From NCBI GenBank assembly GCA_038212275.1, contig JBBQUR010000003.1, forward strand, positions 128,001 through 192,000: a stretch of DNA of 64,000 nt. The letters run 5' to 3'. Source of the stretch: Planctomycetota bacterium. GTDB lineage: Bacteria; Planctomycetota; B15-G4. Shown here in pieces: positions 28,548 through 37,392 of this stretch. Position 1 is the first letter of the stretch. Each line of letters opens with the position of its first letter. The position numbers and the translations under genes were made by a program. A model generated the notes under the pieces. The model was not told the DNA's origin, searched no databases, and saw only the letters and a program-made list of their open reading frames with translations.

Positions 28548-28564
28548 GTGCGCTGCCCTCGTGC

Positions 28565-29521
28565 TCAGCTGAACACGCGCGCCTCGTGCCACGCCAGCGC
28601 ATCGCGGCTCGGGCACTTCACCGGATCGGCCGGCGGCCGGATGCGCTCGCCAGCCAGGCGGTAGTAGTCCTTGCCGTTGCTGTACTCCTGCTCGACCCGC
28701 TCGCTCACGCGGAAGCGATAGTCCGGGGTGATCGTGACGTAGCCGGCGTCGTAGAGCTTGTGCAGGTCGGCGCGAAGCACCAGCCCGTTCTGGATGTGGT
28801 TGCTCGCCGGCCCGAGGTATGGCTGGATGTGCGCCGCTTCGAGCACGGGGACGACGCGCTCGCCGGTGAGCGCGCAGCGCGAGTCGTAGGCTTCGAGCAA
28901 GCGGAGCCGGAACGTGCCCTGGCCATCGCGCGCCGCGACGACCTGCTCGCGCAAGCGGCGCTCGTCGCATGCCAGCGGCGAGAAGCGGTCGGGCAGCAGA
29001 TCGAGCGGCATCGCGTTCGCGCCGCCCTCGGCGAGCAACTGCATGAGCCGTCGCCCTGGCACGGCGGTCAGGTCGTAGCTGTTGTCGTTGACGATGTTCG
29101 GGCTCCAGCCCTCCGCGGCGCCCCACGGCAGCCAGCGCTCCGGCGGCAGCAACGTGACGTCGCGCAGGACGATGCAGCCGATGGGCAGCGCGCCCGGCGC
29201 CGCGGGATCGGCGCCGCGGAGCCGCGTGATGCTGCTGCGAAACTCCTCGAAGCCCGGTGCGCCGTTCTTCTCGCGGAACAGCGCCCATGCGTCGCGGAGG
29301 GAAACGAGCTGCCAGTGCGCGAAGAAGCCCCAGCCCGCGATGGCGTAGGTCGGCTTCTTGAGGCGCAGGAAGAACGGCGCGCCGGGGCCGATGATCTTCA
29401 CGGCGTGCTGGTCTTTCGGCCGCCAGAAGTTCACCTCGTCGAGGCAGCCGTTGCGGTCGCGCCCCAGCGTGGCGAGGTGGTCGAACCACGTGCGGTCGGT
29501 GTTGGACACGAGCCCGAGCAT
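28565..29521 (-). CDS. HNH endonuclease (putative restriction endonuclease)
   Basis: C-terminal RDGQGTFR..LLEAY..RCALTG..LEAAHI..NGLVLRADLHKLYD; N-terminal NTDRTWF..DEVNFWRP domain. Confidence 0.88.
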   Translation of the reverse strand: MLGLVSNTDRTWFDHLATLGRDRNGCLDEVNFWRPKDQHAVKIIGPGAPFFLRLKKPTYAIAGWGFFAHWQLVSLRDAWALFREKNGAPGFEEFRSSITRLRGADPAAPGALPIGCIVLRDVTLLPPERWLPWGAAEGWSPNIVNDNSYDLTAVPGRRLMQLLAEGGANAMPLDLLPDRFSPLACDERRLREQVVAARDGQGTFRLRLLEAYDSRCALTGERVVPVLEAAHIQPYLGPASNHIQNGLVLRADLHKLYDAGYVTITPDYRFRVSERVEQEYSNGKDYYRLAGERIRPPADPVKCPSRDALAWHEARVFS

Positions 29522-29574
29522 CAGCGACAGATCTCCCGGCCGTCAGCGTAGCCGGTCGTCGATTCGCCTCGCAG

Positions 29575-29960
29575 TCAGTTCTTCGCCGCCTTCGCTCCCG
29601 CCACGCACAGACAGCTCGCCCCGATCGTCACGTCCGCCTGCGCCCACGCCTTGCGAAAGCGCTCATCCACCTGCGCGGCTTCGGCGACGCGGCCCGCTTC
29701 GAGCAGCACCGCGCCGAGCGCGTGCCGCACCGGCAGCGGCCACTCGGGCGGCTCCATGTAGGCGACCTGCTTCTCGATCTGCAGCGCGTCCGTGAGCGCG
29801 GCGATGGCGCGCGGCATGTCGCCCTTGCGGTAGGCGATCTCGCCGTCGAGCACCTTCTCGGCGATGGCGAAGATCCGCGTCGCCCCGCGCGTGGTGCCGC
29901 ATCGCGCGCAGGACGGTCAGGTACCCCGGCGGCTCAGGCTCGGCCAGCATCTCGTCCCAC
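29575..29960 (-). pseudogene. C-terminal remnant of a TPR-repeat protein, frameshifted and internally deleted
   Basis: WDEMLAEPEP..RHHARG in one frame; LDGEIAYRKGD..YMEPPEWPLPVRHALGAVLLEAGR..FRKAWAQADV in another; no N-terminal part. Confidence 0.65.
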
Positions 29961-29999
29961 AGCGACTTCGGAGCAAGCAGTCAATGCGGTCGACTTTGC

Positions 30000-30053
30000 A
30001 GTGACAAGCTGTGACACGGAGCTGTGACAGGGTGTGACACGGTGGCTGTGCCG
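30000..30053. repeat. Cluster of (T/A)GTGACA direct repeats (4 copies, spaced 10/13/10 bp)
   Basis: agtgaca 30000, tgtgaca 30010, 30023, 30033; degenerate tgtgccg 30047. Confidence 0.75.
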
Positions 30054-30464
30054 TCTGTAGAGCCGATCCAGGTGTTGCACTGGCGCGGATGCGCAGGCGA
30101 GGACTCATGGATCACGGAATGACAGGCGCCAGCACTTCGCCGAGTTCGACCTCCTCTCGCAGTCGATCCGCCTTTTCGTCCCCGACACGACCTTTGTGCG
30201 TGCCAAGCAGCGCTGCCGGTGGAGCGGTGTCGGCCTGAGGCGAGACGGCCCGGGATGCGGACGTTGCGCGTGTTCGTGAAACGAGCGCGGCCTCGCAGCG
30301 CCTCGCAGCGCCGCCGTGCCGTGGTAGAACCTGCCTCCTGCCTGCGGGAAGCAGGCGGTCCTCCTGGAGTGCACGATGACTCGCTCAAGACAGGCCGCGC
30401 AAAGGAGAGGCGCCAGGATCGTGTTCAGCGCCACAATCGCGGGCTCGGGGGCGGAGGTTCGGGC

Positions 30465-31304
30465 GTGAGCGTCGGCGACATGCTCCTGCGCCTGCGCAGC
30501 CGCAGCCTCTGGCACGACCCGGCGCGCACGCTGCTGACGCTCGAGAGTTTCGCGCGGACGGAAGAAGACGGCGGCCGCGACATCGCCTCGGCCGCGCGGC
30601 GCGTGACCGATCGCGAGCTTGCCAATCACCTGCACCGGCACGCGCTGGACGAGGTGAAGCACGCCGGGCTCTTCAAGCGCCGTGCCGCCGAGCTGCGCAC
30701 GGCCGGCGAGTCCGCGGCGACGGCGGCGCGCGAGGCCGAGGTCGCCGCCGACAGCGCCTACGACCTGTCGCGCGGCCGGCCGTCCACCGAGGTGGACGCG
30801 CACGGCTTCCTCACCCTGGGCCTGCTGGACGAGCTGGGCGAGGTGCCCTACGTGGCGATGCTGCACGTCGCCGAGCAGCGGGCCGCGGCGCTCTTCCACG
30901 TGCACCGCGACCTGACGCGCCACGACCCGCAGACCTGCGCCATCTTCGAGGAGATCCTGCGCGACGAGAATTATCACGTCGCGTGGACTGCTGCGATGCT
31001 GAAGTCCTGGCGCACCGCCGGCCGCGACGAGGAGGTGACGGCCGCGCTCAAGTCGGCGAAGGCCAATCGCTGGCTGGGCGCGTGGAAGCGCCTCGGCGTG
31101 CGATCGGGCGGCCACTTCGGGCGCGTGGTGCTCGTGGTTCTCTACGGCACGTTGCTCGCGCCCTTCGGGCTGGCGGCGCGACGCGGCCGCAACGGACAAG
31201 CCGGCTGGCGCGGCGCGCCCGGCGGCGCGCCACGCAGCGCGTCGGACGCCGGCTCCAGCGCGTCCCGGGAAGCCGCCCTGGCGCGCGCGCGGTCGCAGAA
31301 CTGA
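30465..31304 (+). CDS. Ferritin-like diiron-domain protein with C-terminal SxtJ-like membrane segment
   Basis: Paired E..ExxH ligands (TEED/DEVKH; AEQR/DENYH); C-terminal FGRVVLVVLYGTLLAPFGLAARR; GGAGG upstream of GTG. Confidence 0.75.
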   Translation: MSVGDMLLRLRSRSLWHDPARTLLTLESFARTEEDGGRDIASAARRVTDRELANHLHRHALDEVKHAGLFKRRAAELRTAGESAATAAREAEVAADSAYDLSRGRPSTEVDAHGFLTLGLLDELGEVPYVAMLHVAEQRAAALFHVHRDLTRHDPQTCAIFEEILRDENYHVAWTAAMLKSWRTAGRDEEVTAALKSAKANRWLGAWKRLGVRSGGHFGRVVLVVLYGTLLAPFGLAARRGRNGQAGWRGAPGGAPRSASDAGSSASREAALARARSQN

Positions 31305-33001
31305 TGCAGATCCTCGGCTTGTCGGCCTTTGGCAGTGATGCATCGGCCGTGCTGCTGCGCGACGGCGTCGTCGTGGCCGCCCTGCAGGAGGAGCACTTCA
31401 CGCGCGTGCCGCGCGACGCATCCTTCCCCCGGCGCGCGCTGCGCGCCTGCCTGCGCGAGGGCGGCATCACCACGGCCGAGCTGGACTGGGTCGTGTTCCA
31501 CGAGAAGCCGCTGCGCCGCTTCGAGCGCGTGCTCGCCAGCCAGCTGCGCGGCTTTCCGCGCTCCGCCGGCAGCTTCTCGCGCAGTCTCTTTCTGTGGCTC
31601 GGCGACCGTCTCTGGCTGAAGAACCGCATCGCGACGGAGCTGGGCATCGCGCCGGAGCGCGTGCTCTTCAGCGCCCATCACGAGAGCCACGCCGCCAGCG
31701 CCTTTCTGGCTTCGCCCTTCGCAGACGCGGCGGTGCTCGTCGTCGATGGCGCCGGCGAGTGGGCCACGACGAGCCTGTGGCGCGGCAGCGGTCCGCAGCT
31801 GCAGCTCCTCGACGAGCAGCATTACCCGCACTCGCTCGGACTCTTCGTCTCGGCCATGGCCGAGCATCTCGGCTTCGCTCCGGGCGGCGGCGAGGGCCGT
31901 CTCATGGAACTGGCCGCGCACGGCAAGCCGAGCATGCGCGCGGAAGTCGATCGACTGCTGCGCGTCGGCAGCGACGGCGGCGTGACGCTGGACATGTCCT
32001 GCTTCCGCTTCGACAACGACAGCGAGCGCCTGTGCAGCGACGCACTGACAGCAGTCCTCGGTCCGGCGCGCATCCCCGGCGCACCGCTGCGCCGCGCACC
32101 GGGCGACTCCCGCGATGCAGACCTGGCGGCCTCGGTGCAGGCTGCGGTGGAGGACGCGCTGCTGGCTCTCGTCGCCGAACTGCACCGCCGCGCGCCGGGC
32201 GAAAACCTCTGCCTGGCGGGCGACATGGCGCTCAACACCGCGGCCGTCGGACGCATCGTGCGCGAAGCTCCCTTCCGCCGCGTCTTCGTGCAGCCTGCGG
32301 CCGGAGATGCCGGATGCGCGCTGGGCGCCGCGCTGCACGTGCATCACGCGGTACTCGGTGCGGAACGCGGGTGGCACCAGGAGCACGTCTTCCTCGGCGA
32401 AAGCCTGCTCGCCGAGCCCGGCCCGGAAAGCGCGCCGCTGCGTGACGACGCCGCCGTACTGGACGCACTGCTCGCCGCGCTGCAGAGCGGCGGCCTCGTG
32501 GGCTGGGTGCGCGGCCGCAACGAGTGGGGGCCGCGCAGCCTCGGGCATCGCAGCCTGCTGGCCGACCCGCGGCGCGCGGATGCGGGCGACCTCGTGAGTC
32601 GCGCGGTCAAGCGTCGCGAGGACTTCCGGCCCTTCTCGCCCGCCGTGCCCGCCGAACGCGCCGCGGAATTCTTCGATCTCACGGGGGCCGACGCGAGTTG
32701 GCCGCTGCGCTTCATGCAGCTTCAGGTGCCTGCTCGCGCGGCGATGATGGCCGCCGCGCCGGCGGCCGTGCATGCCGACGGCACGTGCCGTCCGCAACTC
32801 GTCCATGCCGCCGAAGACCCGCTGTTCCACGCGCTGCTCACGCGCTTCGGGGAGGCCACCGGCGTGCCGCTGCTGCTGCACACCTCGCTGAACCTGCGCG
32901 GCGAGCCGCCCGTGCGCGGCGAAGCGGACGCGCTGGCCCTCTTTGCGCGCAGTGAGCTGCCGGCGCTCGTCGTGGAAGACCGCCTCTACGCGCGACGCTG
33001 A
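31304..33001 (+). CDS. NodU/CmcH/SxtI-family carbamoyltransferase (divergent motifs)
   Basis: MQILGLSAF, HHESHAASAF, DGAGE, PHSLG, QPAAGDAG, EWGPRSLGHRS, REDFRPF, TSLNLRGEP; TGATG coupling to the upstream gene. Confidence 0.88.
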   Translation: MQILGLSAFGSDASAVLLRDGVVVAALQEEHFTRVPRDASFPRRALRACLREGGITTAELDWVVFHEKPLRRFERVLASQLRGFPRSAGSFSRSLFLWLGDRLWLKNRIATELGIAPERVLFSAHHESHAASAFLASPFADAAVLVVDGAGEWATTSLWRGSGPQLQLLDEQHYPHSLGLFVSAMAEHLGFAPGGGEGRLMELAAHGKPSMRAEVDRLLRVGSDGGVTLDMSCFRFDNDSERLCSDALTAVLGPARIPGAPLRRAPGDSRDADLAASVQAAVEDALLALVAELHRRAPGENLCLAGDMALNTAAVGRIVREAPFRRVFVQPAAGDAGCALGAALHVHHAVLGAERGWHQEHVFLGESLLAEPGPESAPLRDDAAVLDALLAALQSGGLVGWVRGRNEWGPRSLGHRSLLADPRRADAGDLVSRAVKRREDFRPFSPAVPAERAAEFFDLTGADASWPLRFMQLQVPARAAMMAAAPAAVHADGTCRPQLVHAAEDPLFHALLTRFGEATGVPLLLHTSLNLRGEPPVRGEADALALFARSELPALVVEDRLYARR

Positions 33002-33037
33002 GCCGGCACGCCGCGGTGCCCGCACCCCGCGGTGCCC

Positions 33038-33144
33038 GCGCGCGGCTCGTGACGGGCGCGCGGCTCGTGCCCGCACGCGGCTCGTGACGGGCGCGCGGCT
33101 CGCGACGGGCGCGCGGCTCGCGACGGGCGCGCGGCCCGTGACCG
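33038..33144. repeat. Intergenic 18-bp tandem repeat, 6 copies (gcgcgcggctcg(t/c)gacgg)
   Basis: Directly visible between convergent genes. Confidence 0.9.
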
Positions 33145-33154
33145 GCGCGTCGGA

Positions 33155-34021
33155 TCAGGCGCGCGCCTGCGCGGGGCCGGCGCGGCGCCGCGCGAGCAGG
33201 CACACGAGGCCGGCATCCTCGTCGGTCATGCAGCGGACGGCCCAGCCCCAGCGGCGCCAGAGCAGCGCCAGCGAGCCGGGCTCCGGCGTCGCGGCGAAGA
33301 GGTCGCGGCCCGGCGTGGCGGGCGGCACGGACGAGAGCCAGGTGAAGCCGGCCGATTTCACCGTGGCCAGCGTCGCCGTGAACGACAGGCTGTGCTCCAG
33401 CGGGTGGCGGTACTGGTCCTCGATCCACGTGAGCTTCTTCTCGTCGTCGAGGTCGCGCCGGCGCAGCACGGGATCCAGCGCGGCGATCGGCCGCCGGCCG
33501 TTGAGCGAGAGCACGCGGCGCGCATGGTGCGGCAGGCGCGCGATGCTCTCGTAGATGCCCAGCAGCAGCACGCCGCCTGGGCGGACGTGGCTGCACACGG
33601 AGCGGATGGCGCGGTCCGGGTCGTGCGTGTGATGCACCACGCCGCGCGAGATCACGACATCGAAAGCGGCCTGCGGCAGCGGCAGCACGAAGATGTCGGC
33701 GCGCATGAGCGACAGGTTGCGGACGTGCGCGCGCCGGCGGAAGTCCTCTGCCGCGGCGAGCGAGGCGGCGCAGCGATCCGCTCCGAAGATGCGGCGTCGT
33801 GGCGCGGCCAGCGCGAGGAAGTTGCTGATCTGCCCGGTGCCGCAACCCGCGTCGAGGATGCGGGCATCCGGTGCAATGGCCTGATCGAGCGCCTGCAGAA
33901 ACGGCGAGCGCCGGCAGCGGTCCAGCAGCGAGGAGGCGTCATCACCGGGTGCATAGCCGGGGAAAGGGCGCGCCTCGTAGAAGGCAGCGACCTCGGGCGC
34001 GCGGGGCAGCGTCGTATTCAT
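33155..34021 (-). CDS. Class I SAM-dependent methyltransferase
   Basis: ILDAGCGTGQ, FDVVISRGVVHHT, VRPGG; N-terminal FYEARPFPGY. Confidence 0.9.
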   Translation of the reverse strand: MNTTLPRAPEVAAFYEARPFPGYAPGDDASSLLDRCRRSPFLQALDQAIAPDARILDAGCGTGQISNFLALAAPRRRIFGADRCAASLAAAEDFRRRAHVRNLSLMRADIFVLPLPQAAFDVVISRGVVHHTHDPDRAIRSVCSHVRPGGVLLLGIYESIARLPHHARRVLSLNGRRPIAALDPVLRRRDLDDEKKLTWIEDQYRHPLEHSLSFTATLATVKSAGFTWLSSVPPATPGRDLFAATPEPGSLALLWRRWGWAVRCMTDEDAGLVCLLARRRAGPAQARA

Positions 34022-34164
34022 CGCCACGCGCCTGCATCGAGCCGACGCGCGTGCGCTGTCACGGCGCTCGACGCAGCGTGGACGTTGCGCGAATCGCGGG
34101 TTAGTCTTCGCCCCGCCATCAGGCTCGTGCTGGACTTCGACATCGAGGTCCTCATCCGGAGGTC

Positions 34165-34356
34165 GTGGACGTGGTCGCTTTCACCCGCAAGCTGCGTGTC
34201 GGTGCCTCCACGGCCAGGGAGCTGATCGTCGGGCTGTGGCGCGGGCCGTACTGGTGGTTGGTGCCGGTGATGTGCGTGCTGCTTCCGGCCGCCATCGTGT
34301 TCGTCGTGCTGCAGACTGTGCCGGTCGTCGCACCCTTCGTCTACACGTTGTTCTGA
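34165..34356 (+). CDS. Small membrane protein, DUF5989/SxtK-like
   Basis: YWWLVPV-hydrophobic helix-VAPFVYTLF terminus; GGAGG RBS before GTG. Confidence 0.85.
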   Translation: MDVVAFTRKLRVGASTARELIVGLWRGPYWWLVPVMCVLLPAAIVFVVLQTVPVVAPFVYTLF

Positions 34357-34373
34357 AGGCGTCCGCGGCACGT

Positions 34374-35960
34374 TCAGTCGCCGGCGCACGCGATGCGCAG
34401 CGGCCTGAACGAGGCCAGCTCGAAGGTGTTGCCGATGTTCTGGACCACCCAGCGCGGCGAAACGAGCTTCACCTCCAGCAAGGCCTTCGGGTCGCGCTGT
34501 GGCGGCAGGGGCAGCGAGGCGCGCACCGGGCCGTCCGCGGTCAGCGTGACGACGCCGAGACTCCGGCCGTCCAGCTCCACGGCCACGTCCAGCGGATACA
34601 GGTCGGGGCGCTTCTCGATGGGCGCCAGTTCGAGCTCGATGCGGGAGCCGCCGGGCGCAAGCAGCAGCAGCAGCCGTGCGCCGACGACGCCGTTCTCGCT
34701 GACGCCTCCGTAGACCTGCCCGACGGAGCGACCGGTCGTGAAGTCCACTTCGGATTTCAGCAGATGGCGATCGTGGTCGTGCTGCGGCTTGACGTAGGCC
34801 GTCAGCAGCTCATTGGTCAACGCCGGCGCCCGCAGCGCCTCGAACTCCTCGGGCACGGCTGGCAGCGGCGCGCCGGCGCCGCGGTCCACGAGCCCCTGAT
34901 TGAGGAGCGCCTGCGCCACCAGCGTCGCCGTGACCCGGGCCGTGCGTGCGTTGGGGTGCGGGTCGTAGCCCAGCGTCATGTCCGCCGGCAGAGACGTGAA
35001 CAGCGGAGCGGCTGGAAACTCCGGATACACGGCGCGCAGGCGCGACAGCAGGTAGTAGCCGAATGAGTGCTCGATGCAGGGCATGAGGATCATCGTCCGG
35101 TGCTGGGAGGCCTGCCATCGCGCGAGGCTCAGCAGGCACTCCGCACTCTCGTCGTAGCGCCTCGTGGACTCGGGCGAGAGGTCGGCGTTGAGCGCGTCCA
35201 GGCCGTAGTCCCCGGGGAGCACCGGCTTGCCGGCTGCCTCGGCCACGGAGTTCAGCCGCGCCACGAGCTTCTTGTTGTCGCCGGCGCACACGTGCAGCCA
35301 CGGGTCGGGTGAGGCGGGGTCCGGGGCGCATTCGCGGTGCCCGGACTCCGACACGAGGTCCGTGTCGGAGAGTTCGTTGGGGTAGCTCATGTACACCACG
35401 ATGTCGGGGTGTAGGTCCATGATGTGGTCCATCAGAAAGCTCACCGCGCTGCGCGTGCTCCAGCGCGTCATGGCCACCGTGCGGCACACGACGGGGCGGG
35501 CGTCCGGCCCGCGCGAGGCCGCCAGTTGCTCCTCCAGCTGATTCGCGATGGTGTCCTCGTCCGAGAGCCCGAACCCGAAGGGCACGGATGCCCCGGCGAT
35601 CGCGATGACGATCGGCCGTTCCGCGGGCATCGGTCGCGGACGGCTCCGCAGCCCGAGCGCGTCGCTCCGGATCTTTCCGCCGAGGATGTCCAGATCGGTG
35701 TTGCTGCGGAGCACGTAGCCGACGCGGGGGTCGGCGTGGAGCCGGAGCACGCCGGGATTGCTTGCCGCAGCGAGCTTGCGCTCGTCCTCGCTCCGCGAGC
35801 GCCAGTCGAGGTCGGCCCCGGGAACGGCGCTGTCCAGACCCAGCGGCAACTTCCGGAGCAGCGAGCCGCCGGCGAAAGTCGTGACGAAGCCCTCGAACGC
35901 GAACAGCGTCACGACGGCGATCAGGACGGCCCCGACGAGGCGACCCTTGGAGGAGGTCAT
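34374..35960 (-). CDS. Membrane-anchored SGNH/GDSL-like hydrolase-fold protein
   Basis: N-terminal TM helix; SDALGLR, IAIAGASVPFG (block I Ser), YPNEL, DPHPN. Confidence 0.72.
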   Translation of the reverse strand: MTSSKGRLVGAVLIAVVTLFAFEGFVTTFAGGSLLRKLPLGLDSAVPGADLDWRSRSEDERKLAAASNPGVLRLHADPRVGYVLRSNTDLDILGGKIRSDALGLRSRPRPMPAERPIVIAIAGASVPFGFGLSDEDTIANQLEEQLAASRGPDARPVVCRTVAMTRWSTRSAVSFLMDHIMDLHPDIVVYMSYPNELSDTDLVSESGHRECAPDPASPDPWLHVCAGDNKKLVARLNSVAEAAGKPVLPGDYGLDALNADLSPESTRRYDESAECLLSLARWQASQHRTMILMPCIEHSFGYYLLSRLRAVYPEFPAAPLFTSLPADMTLGYDPHPNARTARVTATLVAQALLNQGLVDRGAGAPLPAVPEEFEALRAPALTNELLTAYVKPQHDHDRHLLKSEVDFTTGRSVGQVYGGVSENGVVGARLLLLLAPGGSRIELELAPIEKRPDLYPLDVAVELDGRSLGVVTLTADGPVRASLPLPPQRDPKALLEVKLVSPRWVVQNIGNTFELASFRPLRIACAGD

Positions 35961-36008
35961 GCAGGCAGCTCACCAATGAATATCTGCATTTTCATGAGGT
36001 CTCCGGTG

Positions 36009-36076
36009 CGCATCGCCGCATCGCCGCACGCCGCACGCCGCATCGCCGCACGCCGCATCGCCGCACGCCGCACGCC
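36009..36076. repeat. 7-8 bp microsatellite (cgca(t)cgc)n in the divergent intergenic region upstream of leuB
   Basis: Directly visible. Confidence 0.85.
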
Positions 36077-36299
36077 TCCACGTCCCGTCCGCGCGGCGGG
36101 GGATCTTACCGGGAAACTTCCGTCGGCGGCTTCACCGCGGCGCCGCCGCCACGAGGCGGTGCCGCGCTGCAGGCAGCGAAAGAGCGCCTCGCCGATGGCG
36201 CGCGCCGGCCCGAAGTTTCTTAGGCTCTTGGCCCCTCGCCCGGGACCTCGGGCGCAGGCAGTCCCCTCGACGCCCCTCGCACAGCCTCCGGACCCGGAC

Positions 36300-37391
36300 A
36301 TGACCAGCACCACGCACAGCACCCGCACGCACCGCATCGCCGTCATCGGCGGGGACGGCATCGGCCCCGAGGTCGTCGCCGAGGGCCTCAAGGTCCTCGC
36401 GGTCGCCGCCGAGCGCTTCGGCATCAAATACGAGACGGTGATCTACCCCTTCGGCACCGACCGCTGGCTGGCGACGGGCGGCACGAACGGCGGCGAGACG
36501 CTGCCCGACTCTGCCTTCCGCGAGATCCAGCAGATGGACGCGGTGCTGCTCGGCGCCATCGGCGACCCGCGCGCGCCGGTCGGCCTCGTCGAGCACGGCG
36601 TCATCATGCGCCTGCGCGTCGGCCTCGACCTGTTCGTGAACCTGCGCCCGGTCAAGCTCTATGACGCCCGCCTCTGCCCGCTCAAGGACAAGACGCCCGC
36701 CGACGTGGACATGGTCATCGTGCGCGAGAACACCGAGGACGCGTACACCGCGTCGCCGGAGTTCACCGCCAAGGGAACGCCCGACGAGGTCGCGATCCAG
36801 CCGATGCGCTACACGCGCAAGGGCACCGAGCGCGTCATCCGCTATGCCTTCGAGCTGGCCCGCAAGCGCAACAAGCACAAGAAGCTGCTCATGATCGACA
36901 AGGCCAACGCGATCCGCGCGCAGGACCTGTGGACGCGCGTCTTCGCGGAGGTGGGCAAGGAGTATCCGGACATCACGCAGGAGCACGCCTACATCGACGC
37001 GGCCTGCATGTGGATGGTGAAGAACCCCGAATGGTTCGACGTGGCCGTCACCACCAACCTCTTCGGCGACATCATCACGGACGTCGGCGCGATGGTGCAG
37101 GGGGGCCTCGGCATCGCCGCCTCGGGCAACATCCATCCCGGACAGGTCTCGCTCTTCGAGCCCATCCACGGCAGCGCGCCCAAGTACAAGGGGCAGAACG
37201 TCGCCAACCCGGTCGCGTCCGTGATGGCCGTGGCGATGCTGCTCGACCACCTCGGCCACGGCGAGGCGGGGCGCGCCATCGAGGCGCAGGTCTCGCGCCT
37301 GCTCATCGAGAACCGCATCCGCTCGCTCTCGGCGGGCGTGCAGAAGACGTCCGAGATCGGCGACCTGCTCGCCGCAGCCGTGGCGGGCTGA
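36300..37391 (+). CDS. leuB: 3-isopropylmalate dehydrogenase (beta-decarboxylating dehydrogenase family)
   Basis: GGDGIGPEV, LRVGLDLFVNLRP, VRENTE, DKAN, TNLFGDIITD, FEPIHGSAP; exact substrate inferred. Confidence 0.82.
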   Translation: MTSTTHSTRTHRIAVIGGDGIGPEVVAEGLKVLAVAAERFGIKYETVIYPFGTDRWLATGGTNGGETLPDSAFREIQQMDAVLLGAIGDPRAPVGLVEHGVIMRLRVGLDLFVNLRPVKLYDARLCPLKDKTPADVDMVIVRENTEDAYTASPEFTAKGTPDEVAIQPMRYTRKGTERVIRYAFELARKRNKHKKLLMIDKANAIRAQDLWTRVFAEVGKEYPDITQEHAYIDAACMWMVKNPEWFDVAVTTNLFGDIITDVGAMVQGGLGIAASGNIHPGQVSLFEPIHGSAPKYKGQNVANPVASVMAVAMLLDHLGHGEAGRAIEAQVSRLLIENRIRSLSAGVQKTSEIGDLLAAAVAG

Positions 37392-37392
37392 G

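Noticed and set aside
30465..35960. Saxitoxin biosynthesis cluster
   Set aside because: Only sxtI/J/K/L-like accessory families are present; no sxtA, sxtG or other core genes
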